A stretch of 64,000 nucleotides of DNA. Origin: a bacterium. Lineage in GTDB: Bacteria > UBA8248. Position numbers and translations under genes: made by a program. The stretch spans positions 2,400,001 to 2,464,000 of the forward strand of contig CBDBBI010000010.1 in the NCBI GenBank assembly GCA_965202625.1, in the 5' to 3' direction. The stretch's first letter is position 1; every line of letters begins with the position of its first letter. Below, piece by piece: positions 25,048 through 34,773 of this stretch. The notes beneath the pieces were generated by a model. It did no database searches. It was not told the origin of the DNA and saw nothing but the letters and a program-made list of their open reading frames with translations.

Positions 25048-25644
25048 TCAGTCCAGTTGACGCAGCCCCACGAACCTGGCCGGAGGGTGGTTCTTCAGGG
25101 GTTCGGAGAGGCGCGAGCGGGCGAAGACGAAGAGGCGGTCGTAGTATAGCGTTTGAAAATGGGTGAAGCCCGCCTTGCCCACGCCGCGCCGTGAGGCCGT
25201 ATTTTTCGATTCCACGAAGATGAGGGCGCGCTTGAGCCCTAGGTGCGCGCCGTGTTCCAGAGCGTGCCTGAGCACGGAGGGATAGAGGTTCTTCCCCCGG
25301 CGGTGGGCGAGGGTGAACGCGTCGTATAGATATATTTCCGTGGCCGCCGGCTGAATCGCTTTGTCGATTTCCTCCACGCCCACCATGCCGCGCGCCCCCC
25401 AGATGTAGCTCACCCCCTTGCCCTTCTCAAGGGCGAGGAAGCACTTCTCGCCCCGCTCGAAGCGCTTCGCCGTCAGACTCTCGCCCTGCACGTCGGAGAT
25501 GAGGTGGCGATGGGCGGATGCGCGCTCCAGAATGACGTGCTCCACCTCGACCCGCGGCTCGCTCTGGGGGATTTCGGCGGGATACGAAAAATCGTAAAGA
25601 CAGAGCTCCACCGATGTCAGAAGCGTTGATCGCAGAAAATCCAA
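25048..25644 (-). CDS. GNAT family N-acetyltransferase
   Basis: YLYDAFT..HRRGKNLY (motif A), NTASRRGVGKAGF; start uncertain. Confidence 0.75.
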   Translation of the reverse strand: MDFLRSTLLTSVELCLYDFSYPAEIPQSEPRVEVEHVILERASAHRHLISDVQGESLTAKRFERGEKCFLALEKGKGVSYIWGARGMVGVEEIDKAIQPAATEIYLYDAFTLAHRRGKNLYPSVLRHALEHGAHLGLKRALIFVESKNTASRRGVGKAGFTHFQTLYYDRLFVFARSRLSEPLKNHPPARFVGLRQLD

Positions 25645-25659
25645 AAGAGGATGGCTCCC

Positions 25660-26676
25660 TTATTTTATCTTCATGAGCGCTTCGAGATAAGGCGCAAGCG
25701 GGACGTGGATGTGGGCGAGGTCCTTCCTTTTTTCAAAATGCTCCTGAACCATCCGCGCTGTCCGGGGGATGTTTTCCAGGTAGCGCGCCGCTCCGCGCAC
25801 CGTCTTCTGGAAGGCGAAGGTGCCGATGGCCTTGAGGTTGCGCTGTATGGCCGCCGCGCACAGGGCACGCTCATACCCTTCTTTATCCGAGAAGTGCCGG
25901 CGACCGCAAGTCTCCCAGTAGCGGTGGATGATGCGCCCCCGCACCGCATCGTCGAGCCCGACGTAGCTGTCGAACGCCAGGGACGCCAGATCATACAGGC
26001 AGGGGCCCATGCGCGCGTCCTGAAAATCGATGATGAACACCTCCCCGGAGACCATCAGGTTTCTGCTGTGGTAGTCGCGGTGGGTGAGGCGAAAGGGGGT
26101 TTGGCATATCTCCCGGCACAGCTCCCGAAACGATGCGTCAAGCCCGCTCGCGTCGGTTTTCATGCCCAAAAGGCTTTCAAAGGCATGTTTGCGTGCGTGG
26201 TGCAGCTCGCCCACGAAAAAAGAGGGGTCGAACCGCCGCGCGAGCGCGACCCCCCCGTCCTCGCGCGGTGCCTCCTGCATGGCCGCCATCGCGTCAACGG
26301 CGGCGGCGTAGAACCGCCCCGCCTTCTCCCATCCCCCGAGGCACCAGACGTCCTCCAGCGTCTGATCTCCGCAGTCCTGCAGCAGAATGACGCCGGCCTC
26401 CGCATCCACCGCGAAAATTTGCGGGACGCTGAGGCCGATGGCCTCGAAATGCCTTTGCACGTCGATGAAGGGGAGCGTCTCCCGCTGGAAGGGTGCGGAT
26501 GCGATCATGCCGACGGAGCGCGTGCGCTCCCCGCCAGGGTGGAGGAGGCGGACGTAGGTGCGATCGGAGGCGTCCCCCCGCAGCGGGGTGAGCGATTGAA
26601 CGGCGACGCCGAAGCGGGCCCGCACCAGGGCTTTCAGACGCGCATGCCCACCCGCTGCGGGGTTTGTTGTGCTCAT
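25660..26676 (-). CDS. amgK: anomeric MurNAc/GlcNAc kinase-like phosphotransferase (APH family)
   Basis: GDASDRTYVR, HRDYHSRNLM, IDFQDARMGP, YDLASL, QRNLKAIGTF. Confidence 0.78.
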   Translation of the reverse strand: MSTTNPAAGGHARLKALVRARFGVAVQSLTPLRGDASDRTYVRLLHPGGERTRSVGMIASAPFQRETLPFIDVQRHFEAIGLSVPQIFAVDAEAGVILLQDCGDQTLEDVWCLGGWEKAGRFYAAAVDAMAAMQEAPREDGGVALARRFDPSFFVGELHHARKHAFESLLGMKTDASGLDASFRELCREICQTPFRLTHRDYHSRNLMVSGEVFIIDFQDARMGPCLYDLASLAFDSYVGLDDAVRGRIIHRYWETCGRRHFSDKEGYERALCAAAIQRNLKAIGTFAFQKTVRGAARYLENIPRTARMVQEHFEKRKDLAHIHVPLAPYLEALMKIK

Positions 26677-27605
26677 GCGGTGTCTGGTGCGTCCTGCAAG
26701 GGGAGTGCGGAGATGGCGCGCCCCAGATCGGCCAGCGTCTTGCGGTAGGGCTCTTCTTTTCTCCTCAGCTCGAAGGTGAGCGGCCCCCGGTAGCCTTTCG
26801 CGTGGAGCGGGGCGAGAAAAGAGGGCCACGCCATCGCCCCCTCGCCCGGAAGGAGATGCGCGTCGCTGTGCCCGTCGTTGTCGTGGAGGTGGACCGCCGC
26901 GCAGAAGGGTGCCAGACGCGCGATGGCGTCGGGCAGGTTTTCCCGCTCGGTGATGAGGGCGTGGCCGGCGTCCGCGCAGATTCTCAGCCTCGGGTGGTCG
27001 ATGCGCTCCACAAATTCGGCGAGCGGTACCACGCGGCCCATGGCCGCCGGAATGTTCTCCAGTGCGAACACCAGGTCCATCTCCTCCGCCGCCGGCAAGA
27101 GCCGCGCCATGCTCTCCTCAAGCCTCTCGTAGGTGTCGCCCGCACCCGCTTTCGCAGGCGCGCCCGGATGGATGACGGCGATTCGCGCGCCCAGGGGGCG
27201 AAACGCGCGCGCCGCGCGGATGGTTCTATCGAGTGCCTCCGCCCGTTCCTGTGCATCGGGCGAGGCGAGGGAGAGCCAGCGGCCTTTTCTCGCCTCCTCC
27301 AGTTTCGCATAAAAAGGGGCGTGGAAGGTGGGTGCGGACAAGGAGAGATCCGCCAGCCAGCGTTTGAGTACCTGGAGCCGGAAGGCGTCGCTCACGTCGA
27401 AATGCGGCGTCATCGCCCACAGCTCCACGTTGCGGAAGCCCGCCTCGGCGGTCTCCGTCAGGTGGGCGTGCCGGAGCGGTTCCTGGGCGAAAAGATGGGC
27501 GGACAAGGCACGGCGGGTTCTGAGCAAACCTGAAACCCTTTGACGAGTGCGGGGCGGAGGCGGGGATGCGGGAAGATTATACGCTCCGGAGGAGGGGGGT
27601 GCCAA
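26673..27605 (-). CDS. sugar phosphate isomerase/epimerase (xylose-isomerase-like TIM barrel)
   Basis: AGFRNVELW, ALENIP, CADAGHA, HLHDNDG..DAHLLPGEG, LTFE; start uncertain. Confidence 0.85.
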   Translation of the reverse strand: MAPPSSGAYNLPASPPPPRTRQRVSGLLRTRRALSAHLFAQEPLRHAHLTETAEAGFRNVELWAMTPHFDVSDAFRLQVLKRWLADLSLSAPTFHAPFYAKLEEARKGRWLSLASPDAQERAEALDRTIRAARAFRPLGARIAVIHPGAPAKAGAGDTYERLEESMARLLPAAEEMDLVFALENIPAAMGRVVPLAEFVERIDHPRLRICADAGHALITERENLPDAIARLAPFCAAVHLHDNDGHSDAHLLPGEGAMAWPSFLAPLHAKGYRGPLTFELRRKEEPYRKTLADLGRAISALPLQDAPDTA

Positions 27606-27702
27606 CGGGAGGTCGGGCCGGGGCGGTGGGAGCGGGAATGCGCATCAAACCCATCGCTTCTCGGGAGCTTGGCGTGCGGGGGAATATATGCGCGGCCGTC
27701 GG

Positions 27703-27750
27703 TTGACGAAAGCGCTGCGCGCGCCTAGAATTGGTCATACCATCTGACCA
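27703..27750 (+). promoter_or_regulatory. sigma70-type promoter overlapped by a FadR/GntR-type operator
   Basis: TTGACG-17 bp-TAGAAT immediately followed by TGGTCATACCATCTGACCA (TGGTCA...TGACCA inverted repeat, internal TGGT-N3-ACCA). Confidence 0.75.
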
Positions 27751-27843
27751 GAGAGTTTTTCGGTTCTCAGGACATGGCGGGGACGGGCGCGGACGGTTCT
27801 CGCGCATCGCCTGGGTGTGCTCGCGTGCTGCGGAGGCGGTTTT

Positions 27844-28578
27844 TTGCTGCGACCGGTGCGAAAAACAAGGCTGTATGAGAGCGTGGTGGAGCAGATACAG
27901 CGGCTCATACGCACGCGGAAGCTCGCCCCCGGCGACAGGCTGCCCTCTGAGCGCGAACTCGCGGCGACCCTCGGCATCGGCCGGCCTTCCGTGCGGGAGG
28001 CCCTGCGCGCCCTCGACGCTACGGGCCTGGTGGAGGTGCGAAGCGGCCAGGGGGCGTTCTTGCGCAACCTCTCGGTCGATCCCTATCTCGCCACGGTGCG
28101 CGAGAGCCTCGCCTTCCTGCTCGACGTGAAAGAGGACACCCTGCTCGAGCTTTGGGAGGTGCGGCAGGGGCTGGAGGAGCAGATCGCGCGCCTCACGGCA
28201 CGGCGGCGGACGCGGGCACAGCTCGACGCCTTGCGGCGTCATACGGAGGAGATGCGAAAGCGCATCGACAGGCCGGAGGCTTTCGTGCGCGCGGGCGTCG
28301 CCTTCCACCGCGCGCTGTGCGAGGCGGCGGGAAACGCCGTGCTGAGAACGGTGTGGGAGGCCATCGCCGATCTGATCGAGAAGAGCCAGCGCAAGATCAT
28401 CGGCATTCCAGGACAGCCGGACGAGGCACTCCGCCAGCACGAGAAACTCCTGGAGGCCGTGGAGGCGGGCGATGCGGAGATGGCCGCACTCGCCATGCGC
28501 GAACACATGGCGGCGGAGGGCGCGCGCCTGCAGGGGGCGTTGGCGGCCTCCCAAAACGCGGCGCCCCTTCGCGCATGA
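27844..28578 (+). CDS. FadR/GntR family transcriptional regulator
   Basis: PGDRLPSERELAATLGIGRPSVREAL wHTH; FCD domain FHRAL..AAGN, MREH; GGAGG RBS before TTG 27844. Confidence 0.92.
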   Translation: MLRPVRKTRLYESVVEQIQRLIRTRKLAPGDRLPSERELAATLGIGRPSVREALRALDATGLVEVRSGQGAFLRNLSVDPYLATVRESLAFLLDVKEDTLLELWEVRQGLEEQIARLTARRRTRAQLDALRRHTEEMRKRIDRPEAFVRAGVAFHRALCEAAGNAVLRTVWEAIADLIEKSQRKIIGIPGQPDEALRQHEKLLEAVEAGDAEMAALAMREHMAAEGARLQGALAASQNAAPLRA

Positions 28579-28716
28579 CGCCGCGCCGGCTGGAGAGGAG
28601 GAGACGACGATGCGCGCCTGTGCGCGAGGGCCTTTCGCCCCTTCGCGTCCTCGCGCGATTTTTCACGTGTGGCACAACGAACGCCTCACCCCCATTTCCG
28701 CATAGGAGGAACCTTC

Positions 28717-30066
28717 ATGGTGGAAAAGAGCAAGCAGGGAATGCCGATGGATTTTTTGCAGAAAGAGCACTACCAGTCCCCTCGGCGCGTCTATAGCCAG
28801 ACGGGCAGCGACTGGCAGCGCCGCGTCGATTTCGACAGGATGCGCACGGATCGGCTCGACCGCGCCAGGGCGATGATGGAGAAGCACGACATGGACGCCA
28901 TCATCATGTACAAGGGCGAGAACATCCGCTACACCGCGTCGGTTTTCCAGGGCAACTGGAAGAACAACATCTTCATCCGCTACGCCGTGCTCTGCCGGGG
29001 TGCGAAGACGCCCGTGCTCTTCGAGACGGCGGGCTCCGACTATGAATGCGCGCGCATCGACGCCCCCTGGCTGGAGGGCAACATCCGCCCCGCCATCACC
29101 TGGAAGTGGTCCGAGACCGCCGAGCAGATGATGGTGAACCGCATGGCGGATTCGGTGATCGACGTCCTCAAGGAGAACGACGTTCCCCTCAACGGCAGAA
29201 TCGGCATCGACATCATGGACATGCAGGCCTACAGCGCCTTCACCGAGAAGGGCGTGAACCTGGTGAACGCGTGGCCGGTGATGAGCGAGGCCCGCGTCAT
29301 CAAGACGCCCGAGGAGATCGAATGCCTCAAGATCAGCTCCACCATCGGCGACACCTGCATGTGGAAGATCAAGAACGAGTGGCTCAAGCCCGGCATCCGT
29401 GAGTGCGACCTCACGGCCTGGGTCAACAACCTGCTCTACGAGGAGGGCTTTGACTTCGTCTACGACATCATCGTCGCCTCGGGCGGAAACACGAGCCCCT
29501 ATCGCCGCTGGCACACCGACAAGATGATTCGGGACGGAGACCTCGTGGTCGTGGACATCAACGCCATCGGCCCGGGCGGCTATTTCGTGGACTACGTGCG
29601 CTGCTTCAAGTGCGGCGGCGGCTGGACGAAGAAGGAAAAGGCGCTTTACCGAGAGGTGTACGACACGATGTATGCCGGTATGTCCCAGCTGGTTCCAGGT
29701 AGAACCTCTAAGGACGTGGCCTCCCAGTTCCCCGTGTACGCCGACGACAAATACGGGACGGTGACGCTTCAGCAGTTCGCCCACTCCATCGGTCTCGACC
29801 TGTATGAGGGCATGTGGATCAGCCGGGCCTACAGTCTCGACTATCCGGTGGAGATCAAGGAGAACATGTATTTCGCCATCGAGACGTTCGCCGGACATCC
29901 GGGGCTTCCGCAGACGGTGCGTCTGGAGGAGAACGTGCTCGTCGGCCCGGAGGGCCCCATCGTGTTTACCGGCTCCTCGCACTACGACGAGTGCATTGAG
30001 GATTCGCCCTATTTTGATTTCTCGGCGAAGTCGCGCGGCGAGCCGCGCTTCGAGTCGCCCGCCTAG
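28717..30066 (+). CDS. M24B (Xaa-Pro peptidase/creatinase/DddP-fold) metalloenzyme
   Basis: ENIRYT, ARVIKTPEEIE; metal ligands D(VVDIN), D(FVDY), H(AHSIG), E(AIETF), E(RLEEN); AGGAGG RBS. Confidence 0.85.
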   Translation: MVEKSKQGMPMDFLQKEHYQSPRRVYSQTGSDWQRRVDFDRMRTDRLDRARAMMEKHDMDAIIMYKGENIRYTASVFQGNWKNNIFIRYAVLCRGAKTPVLFETAGSDYECARIDAPWLEGNIRPAITWKWSETAEQMMVNRMADSVIDVLKENDVPLNGRIGIDIMDMQAYSAFTEKGVNLVNAWPVMSEARVIKTPEEIECLKISSTIGDTCMWKIKNEWLKPGIRECDLTAWVNNLLYEEGFDFVYDIIVASGGNTSPYRRWHTDKMIRDGDLVVVDINAIGPGGYFVDYVRCFKCGGGWTKKEKALYREVYDTMYAGMSQLVPGRTSKDVASQFPVYADDKYGTVTLQQFAHSIGLDLYEGMWISRAYSLDYPVEIKENMYFAIETFAGHPGLPQTVRLEENVLVGPEGPIVFTGSSHYDECIEDSPYFDFSAKSRGEPRFESPA

Positions 30067-30178
30067 CGGATGCGCCCGTCCGCGCCTGCGCCGTTTTTGG
30101 CGCGGGCGGGCCCGCATTTTATCTTGCGCCTCGAAGGGGAGAATCGCTTCCCCAGAGGGCAAACAGGAGAACCTTGAG

Positions 30179-31399
30179 ATGAGCGAACCCTGGAATACCG
30201 ACATGTGGTTCACCAGTCCTTGGAATTTTGAGGGCGAGGTGACCGCCAACATCAAGTTCGACCCGAACCCGCGAATTCACGACGTGACGCTCAGGGACGG
30301 CGAGCAGCAGGCGGGCGTCATGTTCAACAAGGATGAGAAGATCAGAATCGCCGAAGCCCTCGCCGAGGCCGGCGTGCACCGCATCGAGGCCGGAATGCCG
30401 GTGGTCTCGCCCTCTGACGAGGCGGCGATTCGGGAGATCGTCAAGCGCCTGGAGGGCACGGACACCGAGGTGTTCAGCTTCGCGCGCTGCATGGCCGACG
30501 ACGTGAAGCGTTCGGCCGACACCGGAGTGAAGGGCGTCGTCATGGAGGTGCCGAGCTCCACCCACATGATCGAGCGCGCCTACAAGTGGGAGCTCGACAA
30601 GGCGATCGACACCTCCGTGAAAGCCACCCAGGTGGCGAAGGAGTGCGGCCTCTACACCGTATTTTTTCCGATAGACTTCTCCCGCGCCCCGCTCGACTGG
30701 GTGCTGGGCCTGCTGAAGAAGGTGGCGACCGAGGGGCACATGGACGCGCTCGCGATTGTGGATACTTTCGGCGTGTTGAGTCCCCATACCGTGCCCTACG
30801 TCATCAAGAAGATGCGCGAGGTATTCCCTGATGAGCCTTTTGAGCCGCACTTCCACGACGACTACGGAATGGGCGTGGCCAACACGCTGATGGCGATGGC
30901 CGAGGGTTGTCAGGTGGCGCAGACATCGGTGAGCGGAATCGGCGAGCGCGCGGGCAACGCCGCCTATGAAGAATTGGCCCTGGCCATGCTCACCATGTAT
31001 GGCGTTGACATGGGTCTCAAGACCGAAAAATTCACCGAGGTATCGAGGCTCGTGCAGGAGTGCGGACGCGTCCGCCTGGCGCCCAACCGCTGCGTCGTGG
31101 GCGACAACCTCTACGACATCGAGAGCGGCATCATCGTGAGCTGGCTGAAGAACTGTGAGAAGGACTTTCCGACCGAGCTCGTGCCCTTCCGCGCCGGTCT
31201 CGTCGGACAAAAAGAACCCACGCCGGTCATCGGCAAGGGCAGCGGCATCGACTCCATCAACCTGTTTTTGGAGCAGCTGGGCATCAGGGCGTCGGAGGAG
31301 GAGAAGATGGCCCTCCTCATGGACGTCAAGGAGAAGTCTCTCAGCCTACATCGTCTGCTCACGATGGAGGAGTTCAAGGAGCTGGCGGGGGCGAACTAG
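30179..31399 (+). CDS. DRE-TIM metallolyase (homocitrate/isopropylmalate synthase-like, no regulatory domain)
   Basis: HDVTLRDGEQ, IEAGMP, HFHDDYGMGVANT, GIGERAGNA. Confidence 0.87.
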   Translation: MSEPWNTDMWFTSPWNFEGEVTANIKFDPNPRIHDVTLRDGEQQAGVMFNKDEKIRIAEALAEAGVHRIEAGMPVVSPSDEAAIREIVKRLEGTDTEVFSFARCMADDVKRSADTGVKGVVMEVPSSTHMIERAYKWELDKAIDTSVKATQVAKECGLYTVFFPIDFSRAPLDWVLGLLKKVATEGHMDALAIVDTFGVLSPHTVPYVIKKMREVFPDEPFEPHFHDDYGMGVANTLMAMAEGCQVAQTSVSGIGERAGNAAYEELALAMLTMYGVDMGLKTEKFTEVSRLVQECGRVRLAPNRCVVGDNLYDIESGIIVSWLKNCEKDFPTELVPFRAGLVGQKEPTPVIGKGSGIDSINLFLEQLGIRASEEEKMALLMDVKEKSLSLHRLLTMEEFKELAGAN

Positions 31400-31549
31400 G
31401 CGTCCCGCCTCATCGTGGGAGGGAGGCGGCGTCCACGTCGTCTCCTTCTGTTTTGCGCGGAAAGTGTCTTGATGAGCTTCTGCTTAATTTGATCGATGAG
31501 CGCTTTGTCGCGTTCGATCGAATATATTTGGAAAACAGAGGAAATGCAG

Positions 31550-32047
31550 ATGAAAACGTGGATAGTTATAGCGGGGGCGTTCTTGTTGGTTGGGTGCGCG
31601 ACCCTCACCACAGGGACGACGCAGGCGGTATCCGTGGATGTCCTCAACGCGAAAGGGGCGTCGTGCGAAGGAACGGACAAGGCGGGGCGAAAATACCACT
31701 GGCCTAAAACACCGGCAGTCACTACGGTGCAGAAGGGGGACGGGCCGATTCAGCTCGTGTGCACCTTGGAGGGCTTTAAGCAGACACTGTTTTCTTTCGA
31801 TGAAACATTCGTTGCCGCCACCCTAGGCAACGTTATCCTAGGTGGCGGCGTGGGGTTGTTCGTAGATATCGCGAGCGGTGCCGCGCAGGAGTATTCTTCG
31901 ACAATTAAATTGGTGATGGAGCCGGTGGATTCTGCGTCGGTCTCGGAGCAGGAGAAATACAAGCGACTCAAAATGATGCTGGAAGAAGAACGGAAAAAGC
32001 AGGAAGAAGAGACGGAAAAGGAAATCCACGATGCTGCTAATCGATAG
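31550..32047 (+). CDS. putative lipoprotein
   Basis: MKTWIVIAGAFLLVGC lipobox; GNVILGGGVGLFVDIASGA segment. Confidence 0.7.
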   Translation: MKTWIVIAGAFLLVGCATLTTGTTQAVSVDVLNAKGASCEGTDKAGRKYHWPKTPAVTTVQKGDGPIQLVCTLEGFKQTLFSFDETFVAATLGNVILGGGVGLFVDIASGAAQEYSSTIKLVMEPVDSASVSEQEKYKRLKMMLEEERKKQEEETEKEIHDAANR

Positions 32048-32133
32048 GTGCAAAAAGCGTGGGCGGCGCGGGGTGCTGCGCCTGGCGGCGTCCTCGGCAC
32101 CTCCTTCGCGTGAGATGGCGTGATTGATGGAGG

Positions 32134-32160
32134 GGGCGGCTCGTTTGGGCCGCCCTTTTT
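32134..32160 (+). terminator. intrinsic terminator
   Basis: GGGCGGCTC-GTTT-GGGCCGCCC followed by TTTTT. Confidence 0.65.
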
Positions 32161-32619
32161 CTATGCGAAGGCCTGCGCAAAGAATATCTGGGCGGACAGG
32201 AGAGGAACGGGTTGATGGCAATCGGCATGGCGCCGGCTGGCATGTTATTGGCGCTGTAAAATCGCCGCCCTGGACGCAGCCGGACGGATCGGAGGTTCCA
32301 GGGACACGCTCTATTCCTCCGCCGATGGGGATGCCGTTTTTCGGGTGGCGCGACGCAAGCGGAAAGGAGCCCGCAGGAGCTGGCGGACGCCTTCATCGCG
32401 CGCTTCCCCGATGCGGGCTCGTTCGCCCATATGCGCGTTGCCACCGGGAAAGGCCGGTTGTCGATATTTTATGCTGATTGCGAGATTGAGCCACCCAGGA
32501 TTCCCGATCCGCCGAGCGCATGTTCTTCGAGGCGCGCTTAGTGCGCGGTTCTCCTTTCTTGAGTCCGGACTTCGGCTCTCTTCTTCAATATTACGGGGAT
32601 TCAAAGTAGGACTCAATCA

Positions 32620-33285
32620 ATGAGCATAATAAACATGGTCCAGGAATCGGACACGACAGCGGGCCGCGTGTTCGATTTCGTAGTGATCTTTCTGATTTTT
32701 TCTTCGGTCATCGCCCTGACTTTCGAGACGATGCCCGACTTGTCCCCGGCCACGAAACGGGCGTTTCATATTTTCGAGGTGGTTTCAGTCGTTCTGTTCA
32801 CAATCGAGTACGTTCTTCGCGTAGCGACTTCGTCCGAGAAAAAAAGTTACATATTCAGCTTTTATGGCATCGTTGACTTGGCGGCCATTCTTCCATTTTA
32901 CGTCTCCTTGGGGATTGATCTTCGGGTTGTCCGCGCTTTTCGCTTGTTCCGCATTTTCCGCATCTTGAAACTCGCTCGATTTGACGATGCGATGGCGCGT
33001 TTTTGGAAAGCTATCTTGTACTCCAAAGAAGAAGTCACAATCTTCTTTTTCGGTACAATTATACTTCTCTATCTCTCGGCGGTGGGCATTTATTATTTTG
33101 AGCATGACGCCCAGCCCAAGAACTTCGCCTCAATCATACACAGCCTGTGGTGGGCTGTTGCGACCCTTACGACTGTGGGCTACGGTGATGTCTATCCTAT
33201 AACAGTGGGAGGCAAGCTGTTTACGTTCGTTATTTTGATGTGCGGTTTGGGCGTAGTGAGCCCTTCGGAAAGTCGTGAAGAATGA
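32620..33285 (+). pseudogene. voltage-gated-type K+ channel (ion transporter), truncated in S6
   Basis: S4 LRVVRAFRLFRIFRILKLAR and filter TTVGYGD; the ORF ends GLGVVSPSESREE* before the inner helix is complete; visibly AT-richer than flanks. Confidence 0.65.
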
Positions 33286-33411
33286 AGATCAGGGAAGTCG
33301 GGGGCATGATCGCTAAATGCACTTTTCCCGGGCGGGGGGATGCCGTATTCTTCCACCTGGACAACCATGACTTTCTAAAAACCGAGGCGTCCCGCGCCGA
33401 CGGAGAATTTT

Positions 33412-34440
33412 ATGAAAGCGGCCTTGCTTGAGAAAACGAGAACGATGCGCGTCGGCGCGCAGCCAGACCCGGAGCTGCCCGCCGATCACGTTCTGGTGCG
33501 GGTGGCCACGTCCGCGATCTGCGGCACCGACGTTTCCATCTGGGCGGGAAAGATGCCCGCGCGGATTCCCCTGATTCCCGGCCATGAGTGCACTGGCGTG
33601 GTGGAGCGCGTCGGCGAGAGCGTCGCCCGCCTCAAGGCGGGCGACCGGGTGGTGCTGAACCCGCTCGCAAGCTGCGGGGCGTGCTTCTACTGCGTGCGCG
33701 GGCAGACGAACATCTGCCTGCACGGCGGACTGAGAGGGCGGGAGGTTCCGGGCACCTTTGCCGAATACGTCTCCGTGCGAGAGACGGAGGCGTTCGCCTT
33801 CCCTGAGCGCGTGAGCTTCGCTGCGGCGACGAACTTCGTGGGCCTTTACACGGTCGTCTATAGCCAAAGGAAGGCGCCCTACGTCGCAGGCTCGCGGGTG
33901 GCCGTGCTGGGGCAAGGGAGCAGCGGCTTGCTCCATACCCAGCTGGCCAAGGCGTCGGGGGCGGAAACCGTCATCGCCGTGACCAGAAGCAAATGGAAAC
34001 TCGATGCGGCGCGCAACCTCGGCGCCGATGAAATCGTCCCCGCAGGCGAGGTGGACCCGGTGGAGGCCGTGCGCGACTTGACCGACGGCCTCGGCGCCGA
34101 TTTGGTGATCGAGACGGCGGGCGCCGCCGAGACCATGACGCAAGCCTACGAGATGGTGCGCGCGGGCGGCGTCATCCTGCAATTCGGCATCGGCCCGGCC
34201 CGGCTCGACCGCGTACCCGGCCAAGCATATTATTTCAAGGATCTGACCGTCATCGGATCGCGTGCCGGTCTGCCAGAGGATTTCGAGCGCGCCATCCGCC
34301 TGGTATCGACCGGCCAGATCAACCTGGAGCCTCTCGTCACGCACCACTTCGCCCTTGATGAGATTCAGGAGGGTTTTGAGTTCGTCGATGGGGGAGGAGA
34401 CGGCGGCACGCTCCGGGCGGTGATCAATATAGCGAATTGA
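33412..34440 (+). CDS. Zn-dependent alcohol dehydrogenase (MDR family)
   Basis: ICGTD, GHECTG, CGACFYC...C, GQGSSG. Confidence 0.92.
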   Translation: MKAALLEKTRTMRVGAQPDPELPADHVLVRVATSAICGTDVSIWAGKMPARIPLIPGHECTGVVERVGESVARLKAGDRVVLNPLASCGACFYCVRGQTNICLHGGLRGREVPGTFAEYVSVRETEAFAFPERVSFAAATNFVGLYTVVYSQRKAPYVAGSRVAVLGQGSSGLLHTQLAKASGAETVIAVTRSKWKLDAARNLGADEIVPAGEVDPVEAVRDLTDGLGADLVIETAGAAETMTQAYEMVRAGGVILQFGIGPARLDRVPGQAYYFKDLTVIGSRAGLPEDFERAIRLVSTGQINLEPLVTHHFALDEIQEGFEFVDGGGDGGTLRAVINIAN

Positions 34441-34564
34441 CGATCGCGGCGGCCGGGGCGCTCTTCGATGCCCGCTGGTCGTCAACTTGCAGGGGGCTCC
34501 GGGCTTCCCGTCGAGAACAAGGCGCGGCCCGGACGAAAAGACGCCTGCTCCGAAGGGGCGATAT

Positions 34565-34750
34565 ATGGTCGTATTCCTGCTGAGGGTCGGATTTTTTCTG
34601 TTGGTCGTCGCTATAATTGACCAATACAGTGGTACCCGACTCATAGAGCTGGCTTCAGACCTCAACAGATACATATGGCAAACCGTCGGATCGCTGATTA
34701 GCGCAATCCTCTCCTGGATAGGGTATGGAGAGTATGGAATCTATGGATAG
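34565..34750 (+). CDS. small membrane protein
   Basis: MVVFLLRVGFFLLVVAII hydrophobic N-terminus; lies between the ADH and cupin genes. Confidence 0.45.
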   Translation: MVVFLLRVGFFLLVVAIIDQYSGTRLIELASDLNRYIWQTVGSLISAILSWIGYGEYGIYG

Positions 34751-34773
34751 GGAGGAGGGGTGAGGAGGTCGTC

